From positions 1,024,001 through 1,088,000 of the forward strand of contig CAVTET010000001.1 of NCBI GenBank assembly GCA_963733675.1: a stretch of 64,000 nucleotides of DNA. Reading direction: 5' to 3'. The notes beneath the pieces are model-generated. The model worked only from the letters and a program-made list of their open reading frames with translations, ran no database searches and was not told where the DNA came from. How positions within the stretch are numbered: the stretch's first letter is position 1; every line of letters begins with the position of its first letter. This document shows, piece by piece, positions 1 through 10,062 of the stretch. The position numbers were made by a program, and so were the translations under genes. This DNA comes from an uncultured Methanosarcinaceae archaeon (GTDB lineage Archaea > Halobacteriota > Methanosarcinia > Methanosarcinales > Methanosarcinaceae).

Positions 1-337
1 AGTAAATTGAAAAATCAACTACCTTTATAAATAATACAAAATTAAAACAAGTTAGGAGTGTATACAAATATGGAGAAACAAAAATATGATAGAATAAAAA
101 AGCGAATATTTGTCAGTAAACCCGTTGAGTTTCCATTAATTTCAACGAAGGATAAAATAATAAGTAATGCTGAATACTCCAAAAATAAATAGGGAAATAT
201 TTGTTACCTTAAGGAATATCATTATCCATCAGGGTTTATCAACAATAAACTATACTTTATATATATATATGTATATATATCAGTGTTATCTGCATTTAGT
301 GTTAAGTTAAACAATATAAAAGGAGCGTAATAAAATA

Positions 338-648
338 TTGAAACAATCATCTAGTAGAATGAAAAAAATACTGTCCATTTTTTTGTAGTCCTTTTTGTAG
401 TATCGTTGACAGGTATGTTAGCTAGTGCACGTCCTGGTTGGTACCGTGGTGGACCTTGGGGCGGGGGAGGAAGCTGGGGTGACGGCCTTGGCTGGGGATG
501 GAACTGGTTGGGTCCGTGTCATTATGTGTACGATGGCACAGGAAACTGGACGGTGTCTTGTCCTTCCCCAGCAACAAACTTCCCCTACTTAGGTGAAATC
601 CCAGCAGGTACAGTTTCAGATCACTTTACTCCCACTGTCCAGCCTTAG
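338..648 (+). pseudogene. Small secreted Gly/Trp-rich protein with a two-Cys loop; frameshift in the signal peptide
   Basis: TTG338/ATG359 reads KQSSSRMKKILSIF, then a T-run one base short (~378-384). Adding one T restores VVLFVVSLTGMLASA-RPGWYRGG... in the frame of ORF 406..648. The leader DNA is homologous to 39907-40010. Confidence 0.65.
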
Positions 649-1314
649 CCCCAGAAAATAATAACAACAATTGGGGAAAACAAAGTATATATAAAGTGTA
701 AATAACGTTTAAATGCTTTTATTAATCCTACGCAAAAATACTCGAAAAAAGTCTACTATCAATTGGTCGTAAAAGTAAATATGAGACTTTTAATTTGTTT
801 TTTAGGACTAAATCGACTTCTTTTTATGACCATATAATTCTAAATAGATCCAGCTTTCATTAAACATAGTTTCTGTACTAAAATCTCTGAATTTTCAAGC
901 TCCATCCAGAATAAGAAAACATTGAAGATCTGTTACTAATGGAGCACTGGAACTTCTAGAACATTTGGAGCTCCTGGAACACTTAGAACTAATTAGCCTA
1001 AACCACAATTCTAAATGGAAATATTAGAAAAATATAATTATATAGATCTGGCAGTGTACTGAAAGTTCTGTAAAATTTAATTAAACTCTATGCTATTGCT
1101 ATCAATTTATAGCTCGCAATTGTTATTAGCTTGATTTACACAGGAAGGAATCCCCACTCCATCATCTGTTATCATAATATATGAAGTTCCAATGAAAATG
1201 GAGTTATGCATGTTCACACCGTTTATGGTCTGTCGGGGCACATCGTCTATTGTCACTTCACTATCAGTTATGTGGATTTTCTTGCCTTCTGCATAAAAAA
1301 TTCCATTCACTGCA

Positions 1315-1653
1315 ATGTATCCATCTTCTGTAATTACAGGCCTTACAAGAAGAAGTAAATCTAGTAAGGATGAATTAAATCGTAGTAAAGAAGGCTACAC
1401 AGGCCAAATAAAAAGTTTGGAGGAAAAGTTAAAGGCAGCTCCGGATATCGCTGAGTTCTCACGTCTGCAGGCAAGAGCCGAAGATTTACATGATCATAAC
1501 GAGACATTAAAGAAAGAGCTTGAAAAGGCAGAGAGAGATAAAGAGGACCTTAAGACCACGTATAATAACTCCTTTCTGCAGGTTCAAACGCTCATAAATC
1601 AAAAGTCCATTGAAGCACCAGGATCTAAAAAATCTTGGTGGCAATTTTGGTAA
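1315..1653 (+). CDS. Coiled-coil protein with C-terminal KKSWWQFW (DUF536-like), probably 5'-truncated
   Basis: Heptad-rich sequence ending QKSIEAPGSKKSWWQFW. The N-terminus overlaps an unrelated minus-strand fragment (1107-1340). Confidence 0.55.
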   Translation: MYPSSVITGLTRRSKSSKDELNRSKEGYTGQIKSLEEKLKAAPDIAEFSRLQARAEDLHDHNETLKKELEKAERDKEDLKTTYNNSFLQVQTLINQKSIEAPGSKKSWWQFW

Positions 1654-1659
1654 GTCCGC

Positions 1660-2090
1660 CTAAAATTCTCCAACCATAGATAACTTATCTAGAATTTTAT
1701 TCCTAATTGCATCTGTATCTTTAACTATTATCTCAACATTTTCGTTTTTATTCTCTGAAATGACGTCCATTTTTCGGTACAAATGTCGACCAAAATCCTC
1801 CGGGAAACGTCTTTCCAGAATCCACATGCAAACCGGGCAGTTTCAGCATTGGCGGCTTTATTAAGGTGTTCAAGACATTTTTTAGCCGCATCTGCATTAC
1901 ACTTATTTATATATTTATAAAACTGATGATAATTCCCAGATTTCTCTGTCTTGCCCCTATTCATCCAGGAATTGAAAGTTTGGTAAGTTATACCAACAGC
2001 TTCGGCAGCAAGAAAATAGGAAAGTCCCAAAGCAATATTGTCACCAATTTTCTTGGTTATATTAGGCGTCATTTTAGTCGGTCTAGCCAT
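1660..2090 (-). pseudogene. Terminase small subunit-like HTH protein (one frameshift at ~1843)
   Basis: MARPTK..HTH (AAEAVGITYQTFNSW). The shifted frame continues CMWILERRFPEDFGRH...KILDKLSMVGEF* and aligns end to end with 42221..42652. Confidence 0.65.
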
Positions 2091-2575
2091 GGTTACACCG
2101 TTTTTCAGTTCTTTGTAATAATATATGCGGGTCTTATCTTAAATATTTACTTAGTTTGATTATGCACGAAGCCGAGTTTTGGGATATGAACTCATAAATT
2201 GAACGATTGTGGGGCAATCTCATGCCTTTTTTAGGGTAGGTAGGTTTCTACAGGACTTCACATCGAAGTCTCCAGAATGAGCTTATATTAAGCGTTTTTT
2301 GGACAAAAACTAAATCCCATAATTTTACTGCCAAAAAACCGGGGGCATCTCCGAGATATTTTTCACATACTTTTATTAATTTAAAATTATATAAATTATA
2401 TTTATTAAAATAGTCACGTAGCTTTTTAGATCGGAATATGAATTTTTATCCCATTATTATAGAATCTGTAAAAACATATTAAAATAGTATGGGGGATGTT
2501 GACCGATTTCCGTTCTTTCACAATAGGATAGAGAGAATTTATAACAAATTATTTAACAACTTGTTAGTTAAATGG

Positions 2576-2971
2576 CTAGAACTGATCTCCATGATCATCT
2601 GTTTCAATCTGCAAAAACAAAGGTTTTACTTCTGTATTACCATCTTCATCGACTATAGTGCAATCCAATTTGTACATATTAGTAGCTGGTTGATCAAGCG
2701 CAGCTGTTTGGTCTTGTAGTGTTTTTTCGCAGAACGTTAAATATCTACGGTTTCCTTCTTTATCAAGAAGTACCGGAGTATATAATAAACACGGTTTCTC
2801 AATTGATGAGTCAAAGTTTTCACTGGGTACACTTAGGACTTTCCAAGATTCTACCGTACATTCTTCCAATTTAAACGGAAGATCTTGGAGATAATCTTCT
2901 TTTAATTCAGGCGTTAATTTTAATGAAATTTTCGGATCAAACTCTTGCTTTCTGTTGTCAATAAAACTCAT
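2576..2971 (-). CDS. Hypothetical protein of element 1
   Basis: 131-aa ORF abutting 2972..3205. Confidence 0.55.
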   Translation of the reverse strand: MSFIDNRKQEFDPKISLKLTPELKEDYLQDLPFKLEECTVESWKVLSVPSENFDSSIEKPCLLYTPVLLDKEGNRRYLTFCEKTLQDQTAALDQPATNMYKLDCTIVDEDGNTEVKPLFLQIETDDHGDQF

Positions 2972-3205
2972 TTAATCACCTGCAATTTTCTGCCAACCAT
3001 AACCATCGCCTTCAATTTCTATTTTTTTTACTTTGCCTTCATTTACAAGCTTATAAAGCATGATTTTAGCAGTGGACCTGCTGCATCCTACTAAACTCAT
3101 AATAGTTGTAGCGGACTTAATACTGTCAATTGATAGAGCATTCAGTAACATATCTTCTGTAAATTGCTGTTGAAATCTTGTTTTACCACCTTTCATATTA
3201 CCCAA
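2972..3205 (-). CDS. Small winged-helix DNA-binding protein
   Basis: SATTIMSLVGCSRSTAKIMLYKLVNEGKVKK..GYGW fits a wHTH pattern. Confidence 0.6.
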   Translation of the reverse strand: MGNMKGGKTRFQQQFTEDMLLNALSIDSIKSATTIMSLVGCSRSTAKIMLYKLVNEGKVKKIEIEGDGYGWQKIAGD

Positions 3206-3649
3206 TCTATTAGCCCGTAAATTTTCAAGAAAATACGCTACTATATACGATTTGTTATTATTTATACTTTATAATCACCCGATAATGGTAATGGTAAAGG
3301 ATTCCATTTTGATATTTGAATAGTTGGTTATGGAGAAGATTTCGATGGAAAAAATTAAAACCGGGAAAATTTTAGAAATAGAACAGAATAAAACGAGCAA
3401 TATAAGCAAACAGGAGGATAAAAACAATAACTATAGCCTAGTTAAGTAATATATCTAATATATTTATCTCTTGCATTTTTCCATCTTACCCACATTCTAG
3501 GAGAAAATAATCTTTTTTACCTCTACATATTACCAATATTGCCTATTTTTGCATGAAAGGAAAAAATTTGAATTTTTATAAAATATCTTTTAAACAAAAC
3601 TATTTTTTTCTCAATATAGTTTCCTATTTTGGGGTGAACTAATAATTAT

Positions 3650-5363
3650 CTACTTCTGCCAATAATCTGAGAATTTTACATCAACTACACAAGGAATATG
3701 TTTTAAGTATTTACTTCCTGCTTTTTCCATTATTGTTTTTACAAAAGTACAGACTTCCTCAGCATTCTCCTCTTTACACTCAAATACGAGTTCATCATGC
3801 ACGATGTTAATGAATTTTACACCTAAAGGCTCGAATTTAGCCTGGGTTTGGGGAAGAGCTTCCTTAATCATATCTGCGCATAGTGATTGAATAGGTAGAT
3901 TCGTTGCTTCCCTACCTGCTGCACTCTCGTCTTTATCGCCATCAATAATTAATAGCCTACCCTGCAGCATTTCGTAATTCTCTATTCTGTATGCCTTCCT
4001 GACTTATTTTGTCCATATACCTACTTAGAGCAGGATAAGCTCCCTTAAAAGTACGAATGTACTCCTTAGCCTGATCTTCTGTCAGTTCAATTCCAGCATC
4101 TGTTTTTAACTTTTTCATCAAGCTTTTAGCGGACATCCCATAAAGTAAACCAAAATTAATTGTTTTTGCTATACTGCGTTCTTTGTCAGTTTTTTGAATG
4201 CTATCAAATGGCTTGTTAAAGATCTTAGAAGCAGTGAGGGTATGAATATCCACATTAGCAGCATAAGCTTCTATAAAAGCAAGCTCATCTGCTTTGTCTC
4301 CTAATATCCTAAGCTCTATTTGGGAGTAGTCAAAAGCTATTATTTTATTTCCCGACTCAGCTGTAAATATAGTTCTCCATTTGTTGTATTTAATAGGCTG
4401 TTGCTGAAGATTAGGATATTTACAACTGAACCGCCCTGATTTTGTGCCATACTGAAAAAAGTTAGCATGAATCCTACCTGTTGTTCTTGCTCTGTATGCT
4501 GGTAATTTCGAACAAAAGCTTGTAATTAGATGTTTTACTAGCTTGTATTCTTGATATTTATCTATCAGAGGATCTTCGTATTTTGCAAGCTCTTCAACAT
4601 TTATCGATGTAACAGGAATATCTTCTTTATTAAATTGTTTTACCATCTCCTTAGGAGAGTTAAGATTTATCTTGCTAGTTCTAAAATCTTCGTATAAAGA
4701 ATATCTTATATCCTTCTCTAATCCCACAAGTTCTGATGTTATCTCTTCCAATTTCTCCGGGTCATAGTGCATACCTGAAAGTTCAAGCCAGATGGTTGCA
4801 GGAATCACTTTCATTTCTGTATCTATGACAGACTCAAGCCTAAGTTCTTTTATTTTCTCTTGTTGCTTCTCCATAATGATAGGAAGGTACTCAAGGTCTT
4901 TCTTGCAGTATTCAATCTGTTCAGTTGTAAGCTCTTCCCCAAGCCTAAATGAGCACTGAAGCCTTTTACTCATCCTTTCCCTATCACAATAACGATGAAC
5001 TAAATCCTTTAATCGCATACCTTTTTTATCTTTATCTTCTTGCGAACGTAAACGATCTGCAGGGGCAGGACCACCTTTTATAGTAAGCTCAGCTATCATA
5101 GTATCATAAACAGAATGGATATTAACCCCATATTGCTGTTTCAGCATAGCACAGTCAAATTTTAGATTATGGCCTACTATAGTAAACCTATCAAAGAGCT
5201 CTTTGTAATCAGATAAATCATTAAGTTCTTCACCTTTGATAACGTGAAACTCGCCTGATTCGGTTAAAAACTGAACTGTAACTATCTCATCTCTATGATA
5301 ATCCGGCTTCTTACTCTTTGGATCAAACCGCATAGTTTCAATATCAAGAAAAAGGAAGCTCAT
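3650..5363 (-). pseudogene. Family A DNA polymerase with 3'-5' exonuclease and no 5' nuclease; one frameshift at ~3960
   Basis: ExoI DIET, ExoII GHNLKFD, ExoIII YCKKD; GRFSCKYPNLQQ; motif A DYSQIELR, motif B RSIAKTINFGLLYG. Motif C VHDELVFE lies in ORF 3650..3970. Confidence 0.9.
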
Positions 5364-5611
5364 ATTGCATCCGCCCCCTTCTCTGCGTGCAATGCTCGCT
5401 TTAGGATTGCAATACCTTTCTTCTCAGCTGCAGGCTTTTGAATAACATCTTCTTGTTGCTGACTTTTAGCTAAAATAGGAGTAGATTCCAACATTTTGTT
5501 AAAAGCATACTCTAAATGTGGTGTTGATTCATGATTAAATTCAGGACTTAACCCTTTAAAATCGTTATTGTCTTCTGTTTTAATTAAATTACTGGCAGGA
5601 TCTACTGGCAA
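5360..5611 (-). CDS. Hypothetical protein overlapping the PolA start
   Basis: 83-aa ORF whose stop overlaps the PolA ATG. Confidence 0.4.
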   Translation of the reverse strand: MPVDPASNLIKTEDNNDFKGLSPEFNHESTPHLEYAFNKMLESTPILAKSQQQEDVIQKPAAEKKGIAILKRALHAEKGADAI

Positions 5612-5914
5612 GTTGGCAGGCTTCCGAGCAGTTTCCGATGAAAAACCTGCCAGTGTCTTTGGCTGTGTTTTTATATTTATTCCAGATGAAATCTACCCCT
5701 GCTCTTGTTCATGATTTTGAGCAAGCTGGCAGGCTGGCAGGTTAGTAGAGCTTATCTTTTTATCTGTATATTGATATGGAGAAGAGATTTCTTTCTCATC
5801 TTCTTTTTCATTTTCTGTGGTAGAACTACAATAGGGGTTTTCAACCTGGCAGCCTGCCAGTCCTTCTACAGCATTCGAAAATTCCTGGCAGGCTTTTTCT
5901 GTCGTGTCTGCCAA
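5592..5914. repeat. Iteron-like cluster (CTGGCAGG, both orientations, ~10 copies); candidate origin
   Basis: Copies at 5592, 5605, 5613, 5646(rc), 5726, 5734, 5846, 5853(rc), 5885 and 5908(rc). Confidence 0.65.
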
Positions 5915-8679
5915 TTTTAACTGTTTATCTGTTTGATTGTTGATCTGTTTCTCGAATTCAAGCTTGGAAGCATATATATCATATTTATTAATTTGTATAT
6001 CCTCCCAATAAGCTACTTTCTGTTTTGATTCATTATCATAAAGTCTAACATCAATAAAACCTATTTTTTTCATTTTTAGTCCAAATGTAGAATAAGGTAG
6101 CTTTTTTATTTGGTTATATTCAGCCCAGTCCAAATAAACTTTGTACACTTCTTTCTTTTCAGTAAGCTTAGCAGGAGAGTGATCTACACCGGCTTCACAA
6201 AAAGCACTTACAGGGGAGCTGTTTTTAACATAAATATCCTCAACTTGCTCTATATCTTTATCATAAGAGAATTGCATTTCAGCAAGTACATTTTTTAAAT
6301 GAGGTAAAACTAAGTTGAGAAATCCTGATTTTCCTCTTCAGTTATCAGTTTATTGAAAAGAGATTTATCATCATTTTTTCCTTCAACGAATTTTTTAGGG
6401 AAATGAATTAATATCCATCTACGAAAAAATGAATAGCCTCCTTCTTTTATCTCGGGTATTTTGTTGGCAGAAAACATTAACCTAGCTGTATTGTAAAAAC
6501 TAAACGAATCTTTATACTTTTTTCACCTACGATTCTGTCTCCACCAACTAAAGTTTTGAACATATCACTATAATAAACAGCTTGATCTTTCAAATCAGGA
6601 TAAATATTTAATAATTTTCCATCAAGATTGGATACTGCAAATTTATCAGTTTCAAGTTTTTGAAGACTCATACCACTTACGTTCTTGTCACCAATCCAAT
6701 TAGTTATAAATTTTAACCAAATGGATTTCCCATTAGCTCCATCCCCAAAGAGCATGAGAGCCTTTTGGATTTTAGTATCTGGAATTAAACTGTATCCAGC
6801 AAACTCTAGTAATACCTTAGCATCTTGTTTAGAAATTTCAATATCTACTAAGAATTTATTAATATTAGGACACTTTGCGGTAGGATCATAAATTACTGGA
6901 ATTTGTCGTATAGAATAAACGTCAGGTCTATGCTTTTCTAAATTTCCTGTCTGTAGATTGAATAGTCCATTTTTCAAATTAATTAAATGCTCTGAGCCTT
7001 TGTCAATTAAATCTCGTGATTTGTTTGTATACACTTTTATGAATTTTATAACTTCAATAACAAAATCATCGTCACCTACAGGAATATGTTCAGGTAAATC
7101 TTCCGTTAACAACTCTTCCCATTTTTCCTTAAATGTTTTTGAATACTGTTCTCTAATTACTTGATCAATAATGTTGTCAGCACTTTCTTGGGTGTAAACT
7201 CCATCTTGATAAAGATATAATTCTTTTGTCTCACTTAACGTTATTATAGAATGTTTTTCCATTATGATTTTTCCAATTACGTCAAAATGCACCTCATTTT
7301 TAATTTAAAAGTATCAGCTTTTGGATCTCAGAAACGGAAAGCTCATTAATATTTTTCGAGTTTTTAGTTACTGTTGTTCTTGCCCATGATTTTGCGGATT
7401 TCTTTAACGTAAATATATCATCAGCATTAAGTTTAAAAATTAATTTTAATTTATTGATGTAAGCATTACGATATAATGGATCCAGTTTAAGTAAATGTTC
7501 TTTAATGAACTTTTCAACAGAATTTAAGTCAATTACTTTATCATCAGTTACAATATAATTTCTTAAAACAAAAGAAAAAAAATCTTCAGCTTCTGTCACC
7601 AAATTATTGAAATCAGCAACTTTTTTCTCTTTCATATACTCTGCGATATCTATTTTACTAAGATTTTCTCAAGGTAGAGTAATAATTTTCACAGACAAAC
7701 TAGTATCAAAAAGAATTTGCCCAACTTCTCTAGCTCCATTTTGTCCTGCTCTATTCTCATCATTATCAAAACAAACGTAAATTTTAGATTTTGTTCTCAA
7801 AATATCTATTAAGTGGGCTTTGTTTTCGTCTGTTGTATTAGTAGATCCTAGGGAGATACAAGGAAATCCAAACTGATTAAGAACTATACAATCTGCCAGA
7901 CCTTCAGCAATAAAGCAAACATCTGCATTCTTTATTCTGTCTTCCCCAAAAAATCCTTTTTTGTTGATAAATTCAGAAATCTGCTCATTTTTAGTTTCAG
8001 ATCTAATTCGCAGATATTTGTATTTTGGTCCGTTATCATAATCTGGAGCATCAGGAGTTACTCTACCTGCAATATACTGAATTGTACCATTGCTAGTATA
8101 AAGAAAAATGATTCTACCTCTATAAAATTCCCCTCCCATGTTTCCGGTATCAGTAGTGTAAACTAGCCCAGCTTTGATCAAGTTTTTAGGATCCATGCCT
8201 TCCAGATTTCGCTCAGTGGAAGCATATCCTAGGTTCCAATCATCCACTGACTCCTTGGTAATCCCCCATTGATTGAAAATGAAACTGTACTGCTCATTAG
8301 TTAAATTTCCATGGTAGATATCTGCAGCTGTAGTAAGAGTGTTATAAACGTCTTCCTTTTCTGCAAGCTTGTTGGCTTGCTCATCAGAGAATGGCTCAAG
8401 TTGAATTCCAGAAATTTCTGTAGCTTTTTCAAGTGCTTGCCGTTTAGTAAGTCCTCTTTCTATATATTGAATAAAATCAAGAATACCTCCACCAACATGG
8501 TTTTTGTGACAGAACCAGGTATTTGTATTAAGTCGAACATGTAGACTTTTACCTATCTGCCCCACAGGTGGGATTGATCCATAATACAGATCCCCTTCTC
8601 TGGTTAGGTTAATTCCATAAGATCTGATTATTTTGACTATATCCATTTGAGCGAAAATAGAATTAGAAGACATTTTCAA
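5693..8679 (-). pseudogene. DnaG/TOPRIM primase plus D5/P4-type SF3 helicase, probably one fusion gene, now broken into 4-5 pieces
   Basis: 7669..8679 has RGRIIF, PKYKY, AEGLADC and CFDND. An in-frame TGA at 7669 is followed by IDIAEY. 6477..7292 has D5_N (INLKNGLFNL) and Walker A GDGANGKS. FSANKIP..FFRRWI lies in 6300-6480, and a C-terminal wHTH in 5693..6277. Confidence 0.85.
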
Positions 8680-8827
8680 ACTTCCGGGAGTAAAATTAGG
8701 CTTGAGACGAACAAAGCCCTCATAAAATTCTCATTTTCTCGAGCAGCACAGCATTCAGAACAGTATTTAATATATAACAGTTCAAGGGCTGTTTTTTGCA
8801 GGGTTTAATATACATCCAAAACGACAT

Positions 8828-9121
8828 CTATTTCGCCCCCTTGTCTTGCATCTTTCTATACTTCAACTCTTGGTATATATTTTGCAAATTTTGAACCACA
8901 TGGTATGGATACATTGCGAGAAAATTATTTAAAAAGTAAATGCCCCTTATTAAAAATTCTTCTGTTACCCCGCAGGACTTAGACACCTTACGCCAGTTGC
9001 AGTCTTCTATGTCATCTAATTTATGCCATTTGTTGTTAAAAATAGCTTTATAATTTGTACATTTGATTATTTTCGATTCTGTCAGGCAATTCAATTTCGA
9101 GAACTTGTTTTTATTGACCAT
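8828..9121 (-). CDS. Hypothetical protein of element 1
   Basis: 97-aa ORF with an AAGGTGA RBS-like sequence upstream. Confidence 0.45.
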   Translation of the reverse strand: MVNKNKFSKLNCLTESKIIKCTNYKAIFNNKWHKLDDIEDCNWRKVSKSCGVTEEFLIRGIYFLNNFLAMYPYHVVQNLQNIYQELKYRKMQDKGAK

Positions 9122-9264
9122 GTCGTTTTCACCTTTAAAATTTTGGAAAACAGTAACAGTATCGGATACTACCTGAATACCCTTTTTGTGTTAGATTTAA
9201 ATATAATATGAGATCTAATAACACATTTAAGTTGTAGTCAAACACAAAGTATAAATTCTTGAAA

Positions 9265-9361
9265 CGCGACATGGTACATGGGGATAGTACCGCATCGTCA
9301 TTAAAAACCCATACTTATGACGATACTGAGCCCGAGACTGTTAGAGCAATCTCGGGTTTTT
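9265..9361 (-). ncRNA. Candidate structured RNA or leader (three hairpins)
   Basis: Stems at 9331-9356, 9292-9326 and 9273-9291. Two apparent mismatches are G.U pairs on the minus strand. Confidence 0.4.
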
Positions 9362-9522
9362 CCATTCGTACTTTTATATAAATATAACTATATTAACTCT
9401 GTATATCATTTTATCATCTGGTTTTTTGATATTCAGGAAATTTCGCTGTTGTTCCTAGTTAAGTTAATAAATCAAAGCCGTTTCTAGTGTGTTAAAGACA
9501 TTATTATTTAAACTTGCCTCCT

Positions 9523-9669
9523 TCATGTTACTGAAAAAATAATTTTTGCCATCGCTCGTTCAATTGGGGCGCCGAAGTTTCGCATATATTCAATAATTTC
9601 TCTTCTTTCAGAGCAGACTTGTCTAAATGCAGCAATAGTTTCAGGTCGAAAAATTACATCATCTAACAT
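9523..9669 (-). CDS. Small hypothetical protein (48 aa; not in ORF track)
   Basis: MLDDVIFRPETIAAFRQVCSERREIIEYMRNFGAPIERAMAKIIFSVT*. Confidence 0.45.
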   Translation of the reverse strand: MLDDVIFRPETIAAFRQVCSERREIIEYMRNFGAPIERAMAKIIFSVT

Positions 9670-9743
9670 TCTTTTAATTCCTTTTCTGAGTCATATATTA
9701 TGGGTATTTTTCATTCACGCTTTTTATCATGTCAGTTTTAGGA

Positions 9744-9869
9744 TCAGTTTATAGCTTTTTCAATGATTTTGGAAAGAAATTTGCTCCGTGCAGTTTCCCC
9801 CCTGGTAGCTTCGATTCTGGAATAAACATCAGGCTGTACATAGACATTTACGAGAACTTTTTTTCCCAT
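9744..9869 (-). CDS. Ribbon-helix-helix (CopG/Arc-like) regulator, 41 aa (not in ORF track)
   Basis: MGKKVLVNVYVQPDVYSRIEATRGETARSKFLSKIIEKAIN*: alternating beta-strand, helix, then an RS..L..IIE helix. Confidence 0.65.
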   Translation of the reverse strand: MGKKVLVNVYVQPDVYSRIEATRGETARSKFLSKIIEKAIN

Positions 9870-9970
9870 TTGAATTATTATATCAACCCACCAAAATTAC
9901 TTTATTAAGATTATATATACAAATTAATTTAATATTATTTAAACATTTTGTTTTTTGAAGGCTTCCGCTA

Positions 9971-10014
9971 TGTATACGTGTATGCATGTATGCATGTGTG
10001 CATACACGTATACA
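9971..10014. promoter_or_regulatory. Perfect 16-bp inverted repeat within an alternating purine-pyrimidine tract; candidate operator
   Basis: TGTATACGTGTATGCA-N12-TGCATACACGTATACA, ~100 bp upstream of the RHH gene. Confidence 0.55.
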
Positions 10015-10062
10015 CATATACAGTTTAATAAACAAGTGAAAAAAAATTATAAAATTGAAAAG

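Noticed and set aside
250-280. (TA)n tracts here and at ~22130
   Set aside because: Simple low-complexity or TATA-region sequence in AT-rich DNA.
941-990. 9-bp periodic GGA-repeat (collagen-like remnant)
   Set aside because: Too short and degenerate, with no supporting ORF.
3957-3970. Programmed frameshift or naturally split PolA
   Set aside because: No slippery heptamer is evident, and neighbouring genes are also broken; simple decay or error is more likely.
5592-5914. CRISPR array (also considered for 43871-43982 and 12126-12200)
   Set aside because: The repeats are too short, irregularly spaced and in both orientations or coding; no cas genes are present.
9265-9361. Hammerhead ribozyme or tRNA
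   Set aside because: No CUGANGA/GAAA core in the right arrangement on either strand; no T-loop or cloverleaf.
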